Assembly (NCBI GenBank): GCA_963708025.1 | Contig: CAVPSB010000029.1 | Coordinates: 64,001-128,000 of the forward strand | DNA length: 64,000 nucleotides | Direction of reading: 5' to 3' | Source of the DNA: an uncultured Candidatus Rokubacteria bacterium | GTDB lineage: Bacteria; Methylomirabilota; Methylomirabilia; Rokubacteriales; DASRDR01 | Shown here: positions 1 through 9,510 of the stretch, piece after piece | How positions within the stretch are numbered: the first letter of the stretch is position 1 | Layout: each line of letters begins with the position of its first letter | The notes under the pieces: model-generated | The model's database searches: none | Seen by the model: the letters and a program-made list of their open reading frames with translations, nothing else | What the model was told of the DNA's origin: nothing | Position numbers and translations under genes: made by a program

Positions 1-888
1 GCGGGCGTGCTCGTCGGCCAGGAGCGCCTCGGTCCGCTCACACAGCCACTTCACCGGTCGGCCGACCCGTCGCGCCGCCCACAGCACGAGCCGGTGCTCG
101 GCGTACTGCCAGCCCTTGGCGCCGAAGCCGCCGCCGACGTCGCCGGCCACCACGCGGACCCGGGGCTCGGAGACCCCCAGGATCCGCGCCAGCGCGCCGC
201 GGACGCGGTGGGGGTACTGGACGTCGGCGTACAGGGTGTAGCGGCCCTCGCCCGGATCGTAGTCGCCGACGGCGCCCCGCGGCTCGAGGTACTGGGCGTG
301 CACGCGGGTGATGACGTAGCGGCGCCGGACGACGTGGCGGGCGCGCCGGAAGGCGGCATCGGTCGCCGCCGCGTCGCCGACCTCGAAGACGTTCGACACG
401 TTGTCGGGGCACTCGTCCCACACCGGCGGGCTCCCCGGCTGCGCGGCGTCCGCGGTCGCCGTCACCGAGGGCAGGGGATCGTAGCCGACGGCGACTCGCT
501 CGGCGGCGTCCTGGGCCTGGGCGAGGGTCACGGCGACGACGAGGGCGATCGGGTCGCCCACGTGGCGGACCCGGTCGCGCACCAGCCCGGGGTGGGTTGG
601 CGCGAACATCGGCGAGCCGTCCGGCCGCTTCCGGGCCAGCGTGGTGGCGGTGGTGCCGAGCCGGTCCCGGGCGAGGTCCTCGCCGGTGAGGACTTCGAGC
701 ACCCCGGGGGCGCCCACCGCCGCCGACGTGTCGATCGAGCGAACGCGCGCGTGGGCGTGCGGCGAGCGCACGACGACCGCGTACGCCTGCCGCGGGAGCA
801 CGACGTCGGCGATGTACCGCCCCTGTCCCCGGAGGAGGCGCGGGTCCTCGAAGCGGGAGACGGGCTGGCCGATGCCGAACGGGCCCAT
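1..888 (-). CDS. Xanthine dehydrogenase/CoxL-like molybdopterin-binding large subunit (5' part; runs off the window)
   Basis: Manual translation from ATG at 888: MGPFGIGQPVSRFEDPRLLRGQGRYIAD...VRSPHAHARVRSID...VRHVGDPIALVVA...YLEPRG...DVGGGFGAKG. These are Ald_Xan_dh motifs; absent from the ORF track because there is no stop in the window. Confidence 0.9.
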   Translation of the reverse strand, partial: MGPFGIGQPVSRFEDPRLLRGQGRYIADVVLPRQAYAVVVRSPHAHARVRSIDTSAAVGAPGVLEVLTGEDLARDRLGTTATTLARKRPDGSPMFAPTHPGLVRDRVRHVGDPIALVVAVTLAQAQDAAERVAVGYDPLPSVTATADAAQPGSPPVWDECPDNVSNVFEVGDAAATDAAFRRARHVVRRRYVITRVHAQYLEPRGAVGDYDPGEGRYTLYADVQYPHRVRGALARILGVSEPRVRVVAGDVGGGFGAKGWQYAEHRLVLWAARRVGRPVKWLCERTEALLADEHAR

Positions 889-1155
889 CAGCGGCCGCGC
901 ATCACTCGCACCGGATCGGTCCGCCGGCGGCGGATGTCCGGTGTCGCGTCGATCGACTGGTTGTCGGCGATCAGGATTGCTCCCCTGGGGGCTGGCGGAC
1001 CAGGCCCGTTCCGCCCGATGGTGCGGGGCCGGTGCGGGTTGTGTCAAGAGCGCGGCCCCTGCCCTGGCGGCGGGCTGCACGTGGGGGCGCCGGGGTGTCG
1101 ATCTCGAGCCGGCCCGTTCGACCCGATCTGGTACAGTCCCGCGGTCCCCTCCGGG

Positions 1156-2085
1156 TCAATCCCAGAGGCGGGTGGAGAAGTAGCGCTCGCCGAGGTCGTT
1201 GAAGAGGGTCACGAAGCGGCCGTGCCGCTCGCGGCGGGCGACGCGCTCCACGCCGGCCAGGTAGGCGCCGGACGACTGCCCGACGAAGAAGCCGGCGCCG
1301 GCCAGCCGGACGCACATGGCGTAGGCCTCGTCGCTCGTGACGGGAACGCGCTCGTCGATCAGGCTCTCGTCGAGGTTGGCGGGCACGATGTCCTCGGGGC
1401 TGCCGAGGGGCTTGAGCCCCTCGATGCCGGGGAAGGTGTCCGGCACGACGCAGACGAGCCGGATGGCGGGGTCGTGCTCCCTGAGGCGGCGGCCGAGGCC
1501 GGTCAGCGTCCCGCCGGTGCCGACGCCGACGACCAGGTGGGTGAGGCGGCCGCCGGTCTGGGTCAGGATCTCCTCGGCGGTCGTCTCGTAGTGGGCGCGC
1601 CAGTTGTCGGGGTTCGCGTACTGGTCGCAGAAGAAGTAGCGATCGGGGTCCGCCTGGTACCGGCGGTGGACCTCCCGCAGGGCCTCGTCGTAGCCCAGGA
1701 GCCCGTCGGTGAAGACGAGGCGGGCGCCGTGGGCCCGGAGCCGCTTCTTGCGCTCGACGCTGGCGTTGTCCGGGATCACGATCTCGACCGGCACCCCGAC
1801 GATCCGGCCGATCATCGCGTAGGCGATGCCGGCGTTGCCGGAGGAGCTGTCGAGCAGGGTCTGGCCGGGCCGGAGTCGTCCCTTGGCGAGCGCCCCCAGC
1901 ACCATCCGCAGCACGGGGCGGTCCTTGAGCGAGCCGCCGGGGTTGAGCGACTCCATCTTGGCCCAGACCTCGACGTCGGGCAGCTCCTCGCGGAAGATGT
2001 CCACCGGCACCAGCGGCGTGTTCCCCACTGCCCGGAGGACCGGGTAGCGGTCGAGCAGCGGTTGAACGACCGGGTCCCAGGGCAT
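1156..2085 (-). CDS. PLP-dependent cysteine synthase family protein (CysK/CysM-like)
   Basis: VGNTPLV, KMESLNPGGSLKDR, SSGNAG and GVGTGGT motifs. Confidence 0.92.
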   Translation of the reverse strand: MPWDPVVQPLLDRYPVLRAVGNTPLVPVDIFREELPDVEVWAKMESLNPGGSLKDRPVLRMVLGALAKGRLRPGQTLLDSSSGNAGIAYAMIGRIVGVPVEIVIPDNASVERKKRLRAHGARLVFTDGLLGYDEALREVHRRYQADPDRYFFCDQYANPDNWRAHYETTAEEILTQTGGRLTHLVVGVGTGGTLTGLGRRLREHDPAIRLVCVVPDTFPGIEGLKPLGSPEDIVPANLDESLIDERVPVTSDEAYAMCVRLAGAGFFVGQSSGAYLAGVERVARRERHGRFVTLFNDLGERYFSTRLWD

Positions 2086-2106
2086 GCTTCTAGTCTGCCA
2101 GACGGC

Positions 2107-2334
2107 TCAAGCCCGGGCCGGCAGGCCGTGAAGGGCAAGGGCGTTCTCGGAGAGGATCCGCCGGCCGGCCGCGCGCGCCTCCTCGAGGGTGAGCTCGCCG
2201 CGCTCCACCAGCCAGCCCAGCGCCTCGCCCAGCGCGGCCCGCGTCCAGTCCGCGGCGAGCCCGAACAGCTCGGGGAGCCCGCCCACGTCCGATCCGTAGA
2301 GGAGCTTGCTGGCCGGCGCCAGGGCGAGGTTCTC
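2107..2334 (-). pseudogene. C-terminal remnant of an amidohydrolase family protein (FluG N-domain-like)
   Basis: Frame reads ENLALAPASKLLYGSDVGGLPELFGLAADWTRAALGEALGWLVERGELTLEEARAAGRRILSENALALHGL...*. The KLLYGSD and ILxENA motifs mark an amidohydrolase C-terminus; an in-frame stop lies just upstream. Confidence 0.7.
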
Positions 2335-2370
2335 GCCCGTCCACGATGCTCAGGTCCGAGAGGTCGACGA

Positions 2371-2718
2371 TCACGCCGGGCCTGCCTCCTGCTTCCTCAG
2401 CACCTCCCAGGCCGACCGCTGCACGGCCGTCCACGGCTCTCGCGTCCACGCCGACCCGACGGCCGCGGTAACGGAGTGGGCCGTCCCGGCGGGGTAGAAC
2501 GTCCCCCGCCAGCCCTGGGTGCCGTACCGGGTCAGCTGGAGGTCGTAGCCCTGCCGTACCATGCCGGCGACGATGCGGCCGATCCCCGGCCAGCCGCCCA
2601 GCCACCGGCGCAGGCCGACGACGAGCGCCGGCTCCCGGCCGGCCGGATAGCGGAACTCGAGGGCCGTGAGCATGGTGAACAGGACGCGGCGGCGCTGCTC
2701 CAGCTCGCGAGTCGTCAC
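2371..2718 (-). CDS. Hypothetical protein (Trp-rich, ~115 aa)
   Basis: GTG start directly after the NFACT-R gene; protein-like composition (LRRWLGGWPGIGRIVAGMVRQGYDLQLTRYG). Confidence 0.65.
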   Translation of the reverse strand: MTTRELEQRRRVLFTMLTALEFRYPAGREPALVVGLRRWLGGWPGIGRIVAGMVRQGYDLQLTRYGTQGWRGTFYPAGTAHSVTAAVGSAWTREPWTAVQRSAWEVLRKQEAGPA

Positions 2719-2722
2719 CGGA

Positions 2723-3112
2723 TCACCTCGTCCCCTGGCTGTCCGGGTTCCGGGACACCCGCACCGTCGTCCAGCGCTCGAGCACGACCTCGCCGGCCGG
2801 CGCGCCTCGCCGCTTGCGGACATCGGACACCCGGCTCAGGTGGACGGTGGCGTGGCGCTGGTTCCGGGCCTTCGAGTACCAGGCGGCCAGCGCCGCCGCC
2901 TGCTCGACCACCGTCGCGGGAAGCTCCGGCAGGTGCTCCGGGTTCCGGATGACCACGTGGCTGCCCGGCACCCCGCCGGCGACGTGCAGCCAGAAGTCCT
3001 CGGGCGCCGCGATTTCGAGCGTGAGGACGTCGTTCTCCTCGTCGCCGCGACCCACCAGCACCTCGAAGCCGTCGATCGTGAAGGTCCGGTAGGGGCGGCC
3101 CTTGCCCGCCAC
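2723..3112 (-). CDS. Stand-alone NFACT RNA-binding domain protein (DUF814/NFACT-R)
   Basis: VGRGDEEND.LT, DFWLHV...PGSHVVI and AAALAAWYSKAR motifs. Confidence 0.85.
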   Translation of the reverse strand: MAGKGRPYRTFTIDGFEVLVGRGDEENDVLTLEIAAPEDFWLHVAGGVPGSHVVIRNPEHLPELPATVVEQAAALAAWYSKARNQRHATVHLSRVSDVRKRRGAPAGEVVLERWTTVRVSRNPDSQGTR

Positions 3113-3281
3113 GCGCTCAGCCCCGGCCGGCTCGCGTCAGAGCAGGAAGGACCACGCGTTGATCCCGAGGAGGGCCACCGGAGACGTCCCGCGACAGACC
3201 CGCTCCGTCGCTCCCAGCCGGAAGACGTCCATATGTGGCTACGTTCCGGCCGAGGCTACGCGGCGCCCCGGGGTCGTGTCA

Positions 3282-3329
3282 AGCACGCTCCTCTGACAGC
3301 ACGCTCCTCTGACAGCACGGCCCTCTGAG
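3282..3329. repeat. 16-bp tandem repeat x3 (AGCACGCTCCTCTGAC; third copy diverged)
   Basis: Read directly at 3282-3297, 3298-3313 and 3314-3329. Confidence 0.85.
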
Positions 3330-3580
3330 GTGGCCCTTTGAGGTGCCACGGTCCCGCGCGGTCCCGTTTGGTACTCGCAGCCCGACCGGCCAGGCTGTTG
3401 AGGCTCTGGCCGCCTGCGCGACCCGGTGGGTCGATCCTGTTCGGCGCCTCTGAGGCAGCGATCCGGCCTAGGGTGGCCACATGCCAGAAGTTCGCGGGGT
3501 TGCGGTCGGCCTCCCGGTTGGCATGCTCTTGCATTATTGGTCGGGCCACTCGGGTCGGAGGGCCAGAGAGGGGACCGGCC

Positions 3581-3883
3581 ATGACCAGTGCGAATGCTCC
3601 ACTTCTTCCGACGGGTGCCGCTCGCGGCCCTCATCGCGACCCTGTCGTGGGGGCCATCAGGATCGGGATCGGGGGCCGACGGCGACAGCGGCACGATCGC
3701 CCCCGCCGCTCGGAGCGCGAGCGGGCCTGCGCCCGGTGTGAGCGCGCGTTCCAGCCAACCCCCGTGCGCCGGCTGACGTGCCAGAGCTGCTACCTCGCGA
3801 ACACCGACGTCGATCCCGTGGTGTCGCGCGGCGAGCCGACGCGGTCGATGGGCCGCTCGAGCACCGGGGCTCAGGACGGCTAG
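3581..3883 (+). CDS. Possible small zinc-ribbon protein (CARC...CQSC)
   Basis: Purine-rich RBS before the ATG; two CxxC motifs; ends 7 nt before the next gene. Confidence 0.4.
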   Translation: MTSANAPLLPTGAARGPHRDPVVGAIRIGIGGRRRQRHDRPRRSERERACARCERAFQPTPVRRLTCQSCYLANTDVDPVVSRGEPTRSMGRSSTGAQDG

Positions 3884-3890
3884 ACACGAG

Positions 3891-4310
3891 ATGGCCGGTA
3901 GTCACGCGCCACGCCTCCTGGTCGTCAGCGATGACCTCGCGCTCCGTCGGGGGCTCTGCAATCTGCTCACGGTCCTCGACTGCGATGCGGAGGCTGCCAG
4001 CGATGGCCACGACGCACTCGCCCGCCTCGCGTCCTCCGACTACCACGTCGTGTGTCTCCATGTGCGTCGCGGCGGCGTGTCGGCGTGGGACGCCGCGGCC
4101 ACGATTCGGCGCCTCGCCCCGGCGACCCGGATTCTCCTCTTTACCGACATGCGTGGCGCCCTGGATCACCAGCGCGCCGGCCGAGCCGGCGTGGCGCTCG
4201 TCCGGGTTCCCATCGCCCTGCACGAGCTGACCGCGGCGCTCCGTCAGGCGCTGGCATCCACCGAAGATCGGGCTGGACACTCCATGGCCCGCCAGGCTGA
4301 CCCCTCGTGA
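3891..4310 (+). CDS. Atypical single-domain response regulator receiver
   Basis: LLVVSDD...AASDGHDALARL...ILLFT receiver pattern; His at the phospho-Asp position (VVCLHV). Confidence 0.7.
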   Translation: MAGSHAPRLLVVSDDLALRRGLCNLLTVLDCDAEAASDGHDALARLASSDYHVVCLHVRRGGVSAWDAAATIRRLAPATRILLFTDMRGALDHQRAGRAGVALVRVPIALHELTAALRQALASTEDRAGHSMARQADPS

Positions 4311-4342
4311 GGCTGAATCTCGGCCTCGGGGAAGGTCATCGC

Positions 4343-4726
4343 ATGGCACCGCAGGGGTCCCGTGTCCTCCTCATCGACGACTCTCGCACCGCCCGCGCCA
4401 CCCTGGCGCGCGCCCTCGAGGACGCCGGCTTCGAGACGGCGACCGTCGGGGACGCGGCCGAGGCCCTCGACGCCCTGGCGCAGCGGCACTTCTACGTGGT
4501 CGTGGCCGACTACCAGCTTCCGGGCGTCACCGGTCTCGAGCTCCTGGCCATCCTCCGCGGGGAGGATCCGGCGCGGCCCCTGATCCTCTACTCGGCTTCG
4601 ATGACGCCCGACATCGCCGCCCAGGCGCGCGACTTCCGGGTCACAGCGATGCTGCGGTCGCCGGTCGCCCCGGCGATGCTCGTGGCGGCGGTCCAGGCGG
4701 CGCTCCAGCCGAAGACCCTGGCCTGA
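4343..4726 (+). CDS. Single-domain response regulator receiver (CheY-like)
   Basis: VLLIDDS, VVVADYQLPGVTGLELL and LILYSA motifs. Confidence 0.85.
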   Translation: MAPQGSRVLLIDDSRTARATLARALEDAGFETATVGDAAEALDALAQRHFYVVVADYQLPGVTGLELLAILRGEDPARPLILYSASMTPDIAAQARDFRVTAMLRSPVAPAMLVAAVQAALQPKTLA

Positions 4727-4890
4727 CCGCGGCCCCGGTCGGCCCGGCCGGATCGCAAGCATCGCGCGCCGCCGCCTCGCCGCTGCCGAGCAGAAACAGG
4801 TGACGAGGCGGTGAGTCTACCCTGGCAAGCGCACTCCTTTCCGCATATGCACGAGCCATGGACAGGAACGTGAAGGCGGGCGCGCCCGAT

Positions 4891-5154
4891 GATCTCGCCC
4901 ACCGGGCCGAACGCGCCCTCCGGCACGAGCTGGTCGAGCATGTTGAAGGACTGCATCGCCACCGTGAGGCCGATGCCCGAGGTGAGGTACGAGCCCAGGA
5001 ACCGCGTGTGGCACGCCTTCCCGCGGATCACGCCGTCGTTCCCGCAGTAGAGGAAGCGGACGAGCTGGATCGCGTCGGCCTTGCACCGCCGGTGGATCTC
5101 GCGGATCCGCCGGCCGGCCGCGTTCCTGGCCTTGCCGCCCTTGGCGGTGGCCAT
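4891..5154 (-). pseudogene. N-terminal fragment of a glutamine synthetase-like (gamma-glutamyl ligase/FluG-type) protein
   Basis: AGGAGGG RBS; IQLVRFLYCGNDGVIRGKA...GIGLTVAMQSFNMLDQLVPEGAFGPVGEI, after which similarity stops abruptly. Confidence 0.75.
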
Positions 5155-5231
5155 CGTGGCGCCCTCCTCTCCCGGTTGACCGGGGGATCGTAGCACGCCG
5201 GCGAACGGCTCATCTGGCGTACAATCGCGGC

Positions 5232-6278
5232 GTGGCCGGCGAGCCGGACTTCCTGGAGGCCATCGAGCGCCTGCACGCCCGCGGGGTCACCGACGGGCTG
5301 CCGGTCATCCCGCCGACCCCCGAGCTGGTGCGGCGCTTCGTCGAGGTGAGCGGCCGGCCGGGGGACGAGCTGGTCGCCGTCGTGCCGCCGAACATGGGAC
5401 GCGGCACCGTCGAGAAGCTCGCCGTCAACGCGGTGCTGGCGGGGGCGCGCCCGGAGTACATGCCGGCCATCCTCGCCGCCGTCCGCGCGATGTGCGCGGA
5501 GCCCTTCGCGCTCCACGGGGTGGCGGCGACGACCAACTTCGCCTCGCCGCTCCTGATCCTCAACGGGCCGGTCCGGAAGGAGCTCGACGTCAACTGCGCC
5601 GCCGGCGTCTTCGGGTCGGGCTGGCGGGCCAACGCCACCATCGGGCGGACGATCCGCCTGGTCATGGTGAACCTGGGCGGCGCCCGACCGGGCGTCATCT
5701 CGATGTCCACGTTCGGGCACCCCGGCCGCTACACCTACTGCATCGGCGAATACGAGGAGGCCAGCCCGTGGCCGCCGCTCCACGTCGAGCGCGGGTTCGC
5801 CCCTGACGACAGCACCGTGGCCGTCTTCGCCGCCGAGGCGCCCCACGGTGTCTACGACCACTGGAGCCGCCGGGGGCACCAAGTCCTCAACTCGATCGCG
5901 GCCAGCCTCTCCGCGACCTGGAACTACAAGCTCACCGGCTACGGCGATACGCTGGTCGTCCTCTCGCCCGAGCACACTCGCACGCTGGCCGACGACGGCT
6001 GGGACAAGCCCCGCATGCGCCAGTACCTCTGGGAGCGCTGTCAGCTCCCGGTGCGGGAGCTGATCCCGGACGACGAGTGGGGCGAAGGCCTGCCGGAGAG
6101 CGTCCGGGCGAAGTTCGCCGATCCGGCGCACGACGAGACCCGCATTCCGAAGTTCCGCAGCCCGGACAACCTGGTCATCCTGGTGGCCGGCGGCACCGCC
6201 GGGCGGTTCTCGGCGGTCATCCCCGGCTTCACGTTCCCTGGCGGCAGTCAGCTCGTGATCGAGAAGATCACGTCATAG
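5232..6278 (+). CDS. Conserved protein usually encoded next to UGSC (seleno)proteins
   Basis: TDGLPVIPPT, TVEKLAVNAVLAGARPEYMP, NGPVRKEL and RANATIGR motifs. Confidence 0.85.
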   Translation: MAGEPDFLEAIERLHARGVTDGLPVIPPTPELVRRFVEVSGRPGDELVAVVPPNMGRGTVEKLAVNAVLAGARPEYMPAILAAVRAMCAEPFALHGVAATTNFASPLLILNGPVRKELDVNCAAGVFGSGWRANATIGRTIRLVMVNLGGARPGVISMSTFGHPGRYTYCIGEYEEASPWPPLHVERGFAPDDSTVAVFAAEAPHGVYDHWSRRGHQVLNSIAASLSATWNYKLTGYGDTLVVLSPEHTRTLADDGWDKPRMRQYLWERCQLPVRELIPDDEWGEGLPESVRAKFADPAHDETRIPKFRSPDNLVILVAGGTAGRFSAVIPGFTFPGGSQLVIEKITS

Positions 6279-6288
6279 GAGGACCGTC

Positions 6289-6813
6289 ATGGCCGAGTTC
6301 CTGGACCCCACCGACTCCGTCGCGGTACCGCGCCGCCGCGCCCCCCGGCTCCCGAGCCTGGAGGGCAAGACGGTCGTCCTCCTCGACATCTCGAAGCCGA
6401 AGGGGAACTTCTTCCTGGACCGCATCGAGGAGCTGCTACGGGCCGAGGCGCGACCCCGGGCGGTGCTCCGGGTGGCCAAGCCGACCTTCGCCAAGCCGGC
6501 GCCCGACGCCCTGCGCCGAGAGCTCTTGACCTCGGCCGACGCCGTCATCGAGGCCCTCGCCGACTGAGGGTCCTGCACAACGTGCAGTGTGCACGACGGC
6601 GTCTTCTTCGAGGATCAGGGCAAGCCGACCGCCACGGTGATCACCACGGAGTTCGTCCGCGCCGCCCACGCCCAGGCGGAGGCGCTGGGGCTGGCCGGCT
6701 ACCGGCCCGTCGTCATCGCGCACCCGATCCAGCCGCTCCTGCGGGACGAGGTGCGGGCGCTGGCCGACAAGGCCTGGGAGGAGATCCGCGAGCGCCTGAC
6801 CGGTGCGGCCTAG
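6289..6813 (+). CDS. UGSC-family selenoprotein (Sec at TGA 6565-6567; 174 aa)
   Basis: ORFs 6289-6567 and 6589-6813 are in one frame, joined by ...EALAD-TGA-GSCTTCSVHD, the U-G-S-C motif; AGGAGG RBS. Confidence 0.88.
6570..6597 (+). promoter_or_regulatory. Candidate bacterial SECIS hairpin
   Basis: GTC-C-TGCACA / loop ACGTGCAG / TGTGCA-C-GAC immediately 3' of the TGA. Confidence 0.5.
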
Positions 6814-6860
6814 CCGGGAACCCGGGGGGGAGTCACCTCAAAGCGTCGCTTCCCGGGCGG

Positions 6861-7859
6861 CTAGCCGACCAAGTCTCCTCGCGGTACAGTCGAACCGGCC
6901 GGCTTCAGATCGACATACCCGGCCAATAAGAGAAGGAAGACCTCCCACACCTCGGCCAGGCTCTTGGTCTGGAAGATACGGGCACGGGCGCTGGCCGCGT
7001 GGGCCAGCCCTTCGGTGTACCAGGCCAGGTGCTTCTGCATCTGTGAGAGCGCGTACCGGCCAAAGCACTGCTCCTGGATCAGGGCCATGTGCCGGCGGAT
7101 GACGCGATCCTTGTAGGCGCGCTTGTCCTCGGCCCCCAGCGCGTCGAAGCCCTCGTCAAAGATCCACGGACTGCCCAGCGCGCCGCGGCCGATCATCACC
7201 GACTCGCAGCCCGTCTCGGCGACCATGCGCCGCGCCTCGGCCATGGAGCGCACGTCGCCATTGCCGGTCACTGGGATGCCCACGGCCTCCACGACTTCGG
7301 CGATGATGGACCACGGCGCCTTCCCCGTGAAGCGCTGCGAGCGCGTGCGCGGGTGCACGGTGATGGCATCCACGCCTTCCGCCTCGGCCATCCGCGCCAC
7401 CTCGACGGCGTTCAGGTGCTCGTCGTCCCAGCCGCCGCGGATCTTGATGGTGAAGGGGACCGAGATCGACCGGCGCATGGCGCGCAGGAGCTGCGCCGTG
7501 CCCGACACGTCCTTCATGAGCGCGGCGCCCTTGCCCTTGCCCGTGATCTTGCGCATGGGGCAGCCCATGTTGAAGTCGATGATGTCGGCGCCGAGCTCCT
7601 CGCAGCGGACTGCCGCGCGGGCGAGGGCCTGCGGGTCGCACCCGAGGAGCTGCATCGCCAGCGGCCGCTCCTGCGGGTAGTACGCCGCCATTTCGCCGGC
7701 GCGCGGCGTGTCCATCAGGATCGCGAAGGCGTCGATCTCCTCGGTGGTCGTGAGCCCGCTGCCGCACTCCTTGGCGATGAGCCGGAAGGGTGCGTTGGAG
7801 ATGGCCGCCATGGGCGCCAGGCGGCAGAGCTGGGCGATCTCGATCTGACCGATCTTCAT
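6861..7859 (-). CDS. dusB: tRNA-dihydrouridine synthase (DusB-like)
   Basis: LAPMA, DFNMGCP, TIKIRGGWD, VHPRT, GNGDV and VMIGRGALG motifs. Confidence 0.9.
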   Translation of the reverse strand: MKIGQIEIAQLCRLAPMAAISNAPFRLIAKECGSGLTTTEEIDAFAILMDTPRAGEMAAYYPQERPLAMQLLGCDPQALARAAVRCEELGADIIDFNMGCPMRKITGKGKGAALMKDVSGTAQLLRAMRRSISVPFTIKIRGGWDDEHLNAVEVARMAEAEGVDAITVHPRTRSQRFTGKAPWSIIAEVVEAVGIPVTGNGDVRSMAEARRMVAETGCESVMIGRGALGSPWIFDEGFDALGAEDKRAYKDRVIRRHMALIQEQCFGRYALSQMQKHLAWYTEGLAHAASARARIFQTKSLAEVWEVFLLLLAGYVDLKPAGSTVPRGDLVG

Positions 7860-8063
7860 GAAGGAGGCGGGCTCAGACCCGGCTCACCAAGCACGCCGCG
7901 GTGACGGCGCCGCGGCCGACGCCGGCCGCCTGGCCCCGCCACGTCGAGGCGAATCCGACGGACCTCTGGGTTCATTCGTGTGCCCGACTACCTCGCCAGC
8001 CGGGGCCACCGCGCTCCCCCAGGGATGGCGAGAACGCGGGGCACCGCGGCGAAGCGGGAGCCG

Positions 8064-8618
8064 CTACTTCACCGGGATCATCAGGTGCTGATACGGTGTG
8101 CCCGGCCACATCACATACGGCTTCCGCGGGTCCTCGGCACTCTTCGGGTACGTGTCCGCCATCGGACCGGGATTGAAGATCATGACGTGCGCGCCGGTGT
8201 CAACCCACTTCTTACCGGCCGCCGGCTTCGTGGCGTACGGGTCGTCGTTGCTCGCGTCCGAGCCGCCCATCAGCATGTACCCGAAGCCGACCCCGGCCGG
8301 CGGCTGGGTCTTGCCCATCCACGCCTTGGCCCATTCCATCCCGGCCTTGTCGAGGCACATCGGGTCGTTGCCTGGAGTCGTGTGGTTGTCCGGCATGCAG
8401 GTGAAGGACCCCTTCCCCTCGCGAAGCACCTTCATCTGGCCCTTCTCGTCCATGTCCACGATGGTCGCCTCCTGGGCGACCGCCTTGGGAGCCGCCGACA
8501 TCGCGTTGGCGATCTTCTCCTTGTCGGTCTTGGGAGGGGCATGCTTGGGCTGAGCGATCCCCACGCCGGCCAGAGCGACGACGGTCAAGAGGCTGATCGG
8601 GATAGCGCGTAGCGTCAT
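8064..8618 (-). CDS. Exported conserved hypothetical protein
   Basis: Signal peptide; GGAGG RBS; FTCMPD...PMCLD...GFGYMLMGG...YQHLMIPV. Confidence 0.8.
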   Translation of the reverse strand: MTLRAIPISLLTVVALAGVGIAQPKHAPPKTDKEKIANAMSAAPKAVAQEATIVDMDEKGQMKVLREGKGSFTCMPDNHTTPGNDPMCLDKAGMEWAKAWMGKTQPPAGVGFGYMLMGGSDASNDDPYATKPAAGKKWVDTGAHVMIFNPGPMADTYPKSAEDPRKPYVMWPGTPYQHLMIPVK

Positions 8619-8796
8619 GGGTCACCTCCGCTGGAATTGAGCCTCACGTACGTGCGTTCCGTCCGACAACAATTATGGCCGAGCACGGTCAGTGGTCAAC
8701 ATCGAAAATGTGGCGGCGATCCCGGTCAAGAATGGAGGTCGTCGCATGGCCGAGGGGGTAGCCAACATAGTGCCCCGTGCTCGGCCGCGACGGGGG

Positions 8797-9046
8797 TTAA
8801 TTGTAGATGTTCAGCGCTTTGAGGACGGCGATCAGGATCACGGCGCCGATGATGCTGATGATCCAGGCGCCCACCGAGCCGACCGTCACGATCCCGAGCG
8901 CTCCTGCCAGCCAGTGGCCGAGCCGCGGCGCCGACGATCCCCACGACGATGTTGGCGATGATGCCCATCTGCGCGTTGGTCTTCATGAGGAGGCTGGCCA
9001 GCCAGCCGACCACTCCGCCGATGATGAGGGTCACGATCAGGCTCAT
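8797..9046 (-). CDS. GlsB/YeaQ/YmgE transglycosylase-associated membrane protein (one +1 frameshift near 8922)
   Basis: [22 protein letters not shown]...[10 protein letters not shown] / [10 protein letters not shown]...[18 protein letters not shown]; length is 3n+1. Confidence 0.85.
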
Positions 9047-9510
9047 AGTCCCTCCTTTTCGGAGACCGGCTCGTTCGAGCGAGGAATCAGCGGCCCAATC
9101 ATAGCGCAATTCGCCCGAGGCGGGTGCCGGCGAGTTCCGGGGAACACGTGTTCTACCCGCGGGCGATGCCCTCGACGAGGCGCACGTCCGCGGCGGAGAG
9201 CTCGAGCTCGAGGGGGGTACGAGGAGGGACAGGCCTGAGGCCGGTGGTGCCGGGAGGCCGGTTCGACCCCTGTTGCACCGCGTTCCGCGGGGTGGTCAGG
9301 GCCCGCCGCAGGACGCGATCCAGGTCCTCCTCCAGGGCCCAGTCCGTGTTCTGCCGGGTGCGCTCGCGCACGTCGAGGAGCGCGGGGACGGCGATGGTCG
9401 CCCCCGAGGCGCTCGAGGGCCGCGAGTACCTCAGCGATCTCCGCGTCCGCGCGGGCCACGTCGGCCTTGAAGCGCTCGGGATCGGTCGGGGGACAGGCGA
9501 GCCTGCGCGC

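Noticed and set aside
7-2952. 981-aa plus-strand ORF and similar long antisense ORFs (e.g. 29937-33494, 33253-36372, 22434-24536)
   Set aside because: Shadow frames of real opposite-strand genes in high-GC DNA; no recognisable motifs.
3518-3533. TTGGCATGCTCTTGCA as a sigma54 promoter
   Set aside because: The GG-GC spacing is 9, not the required 10.
9153-9500. Possible gene fragment (ERFKADVARADAEIAEVLAALERL...DWALEEDLDRVLRRAL)
   Set aside because: Looks coding but has no start and no family I can recognise; not callable.
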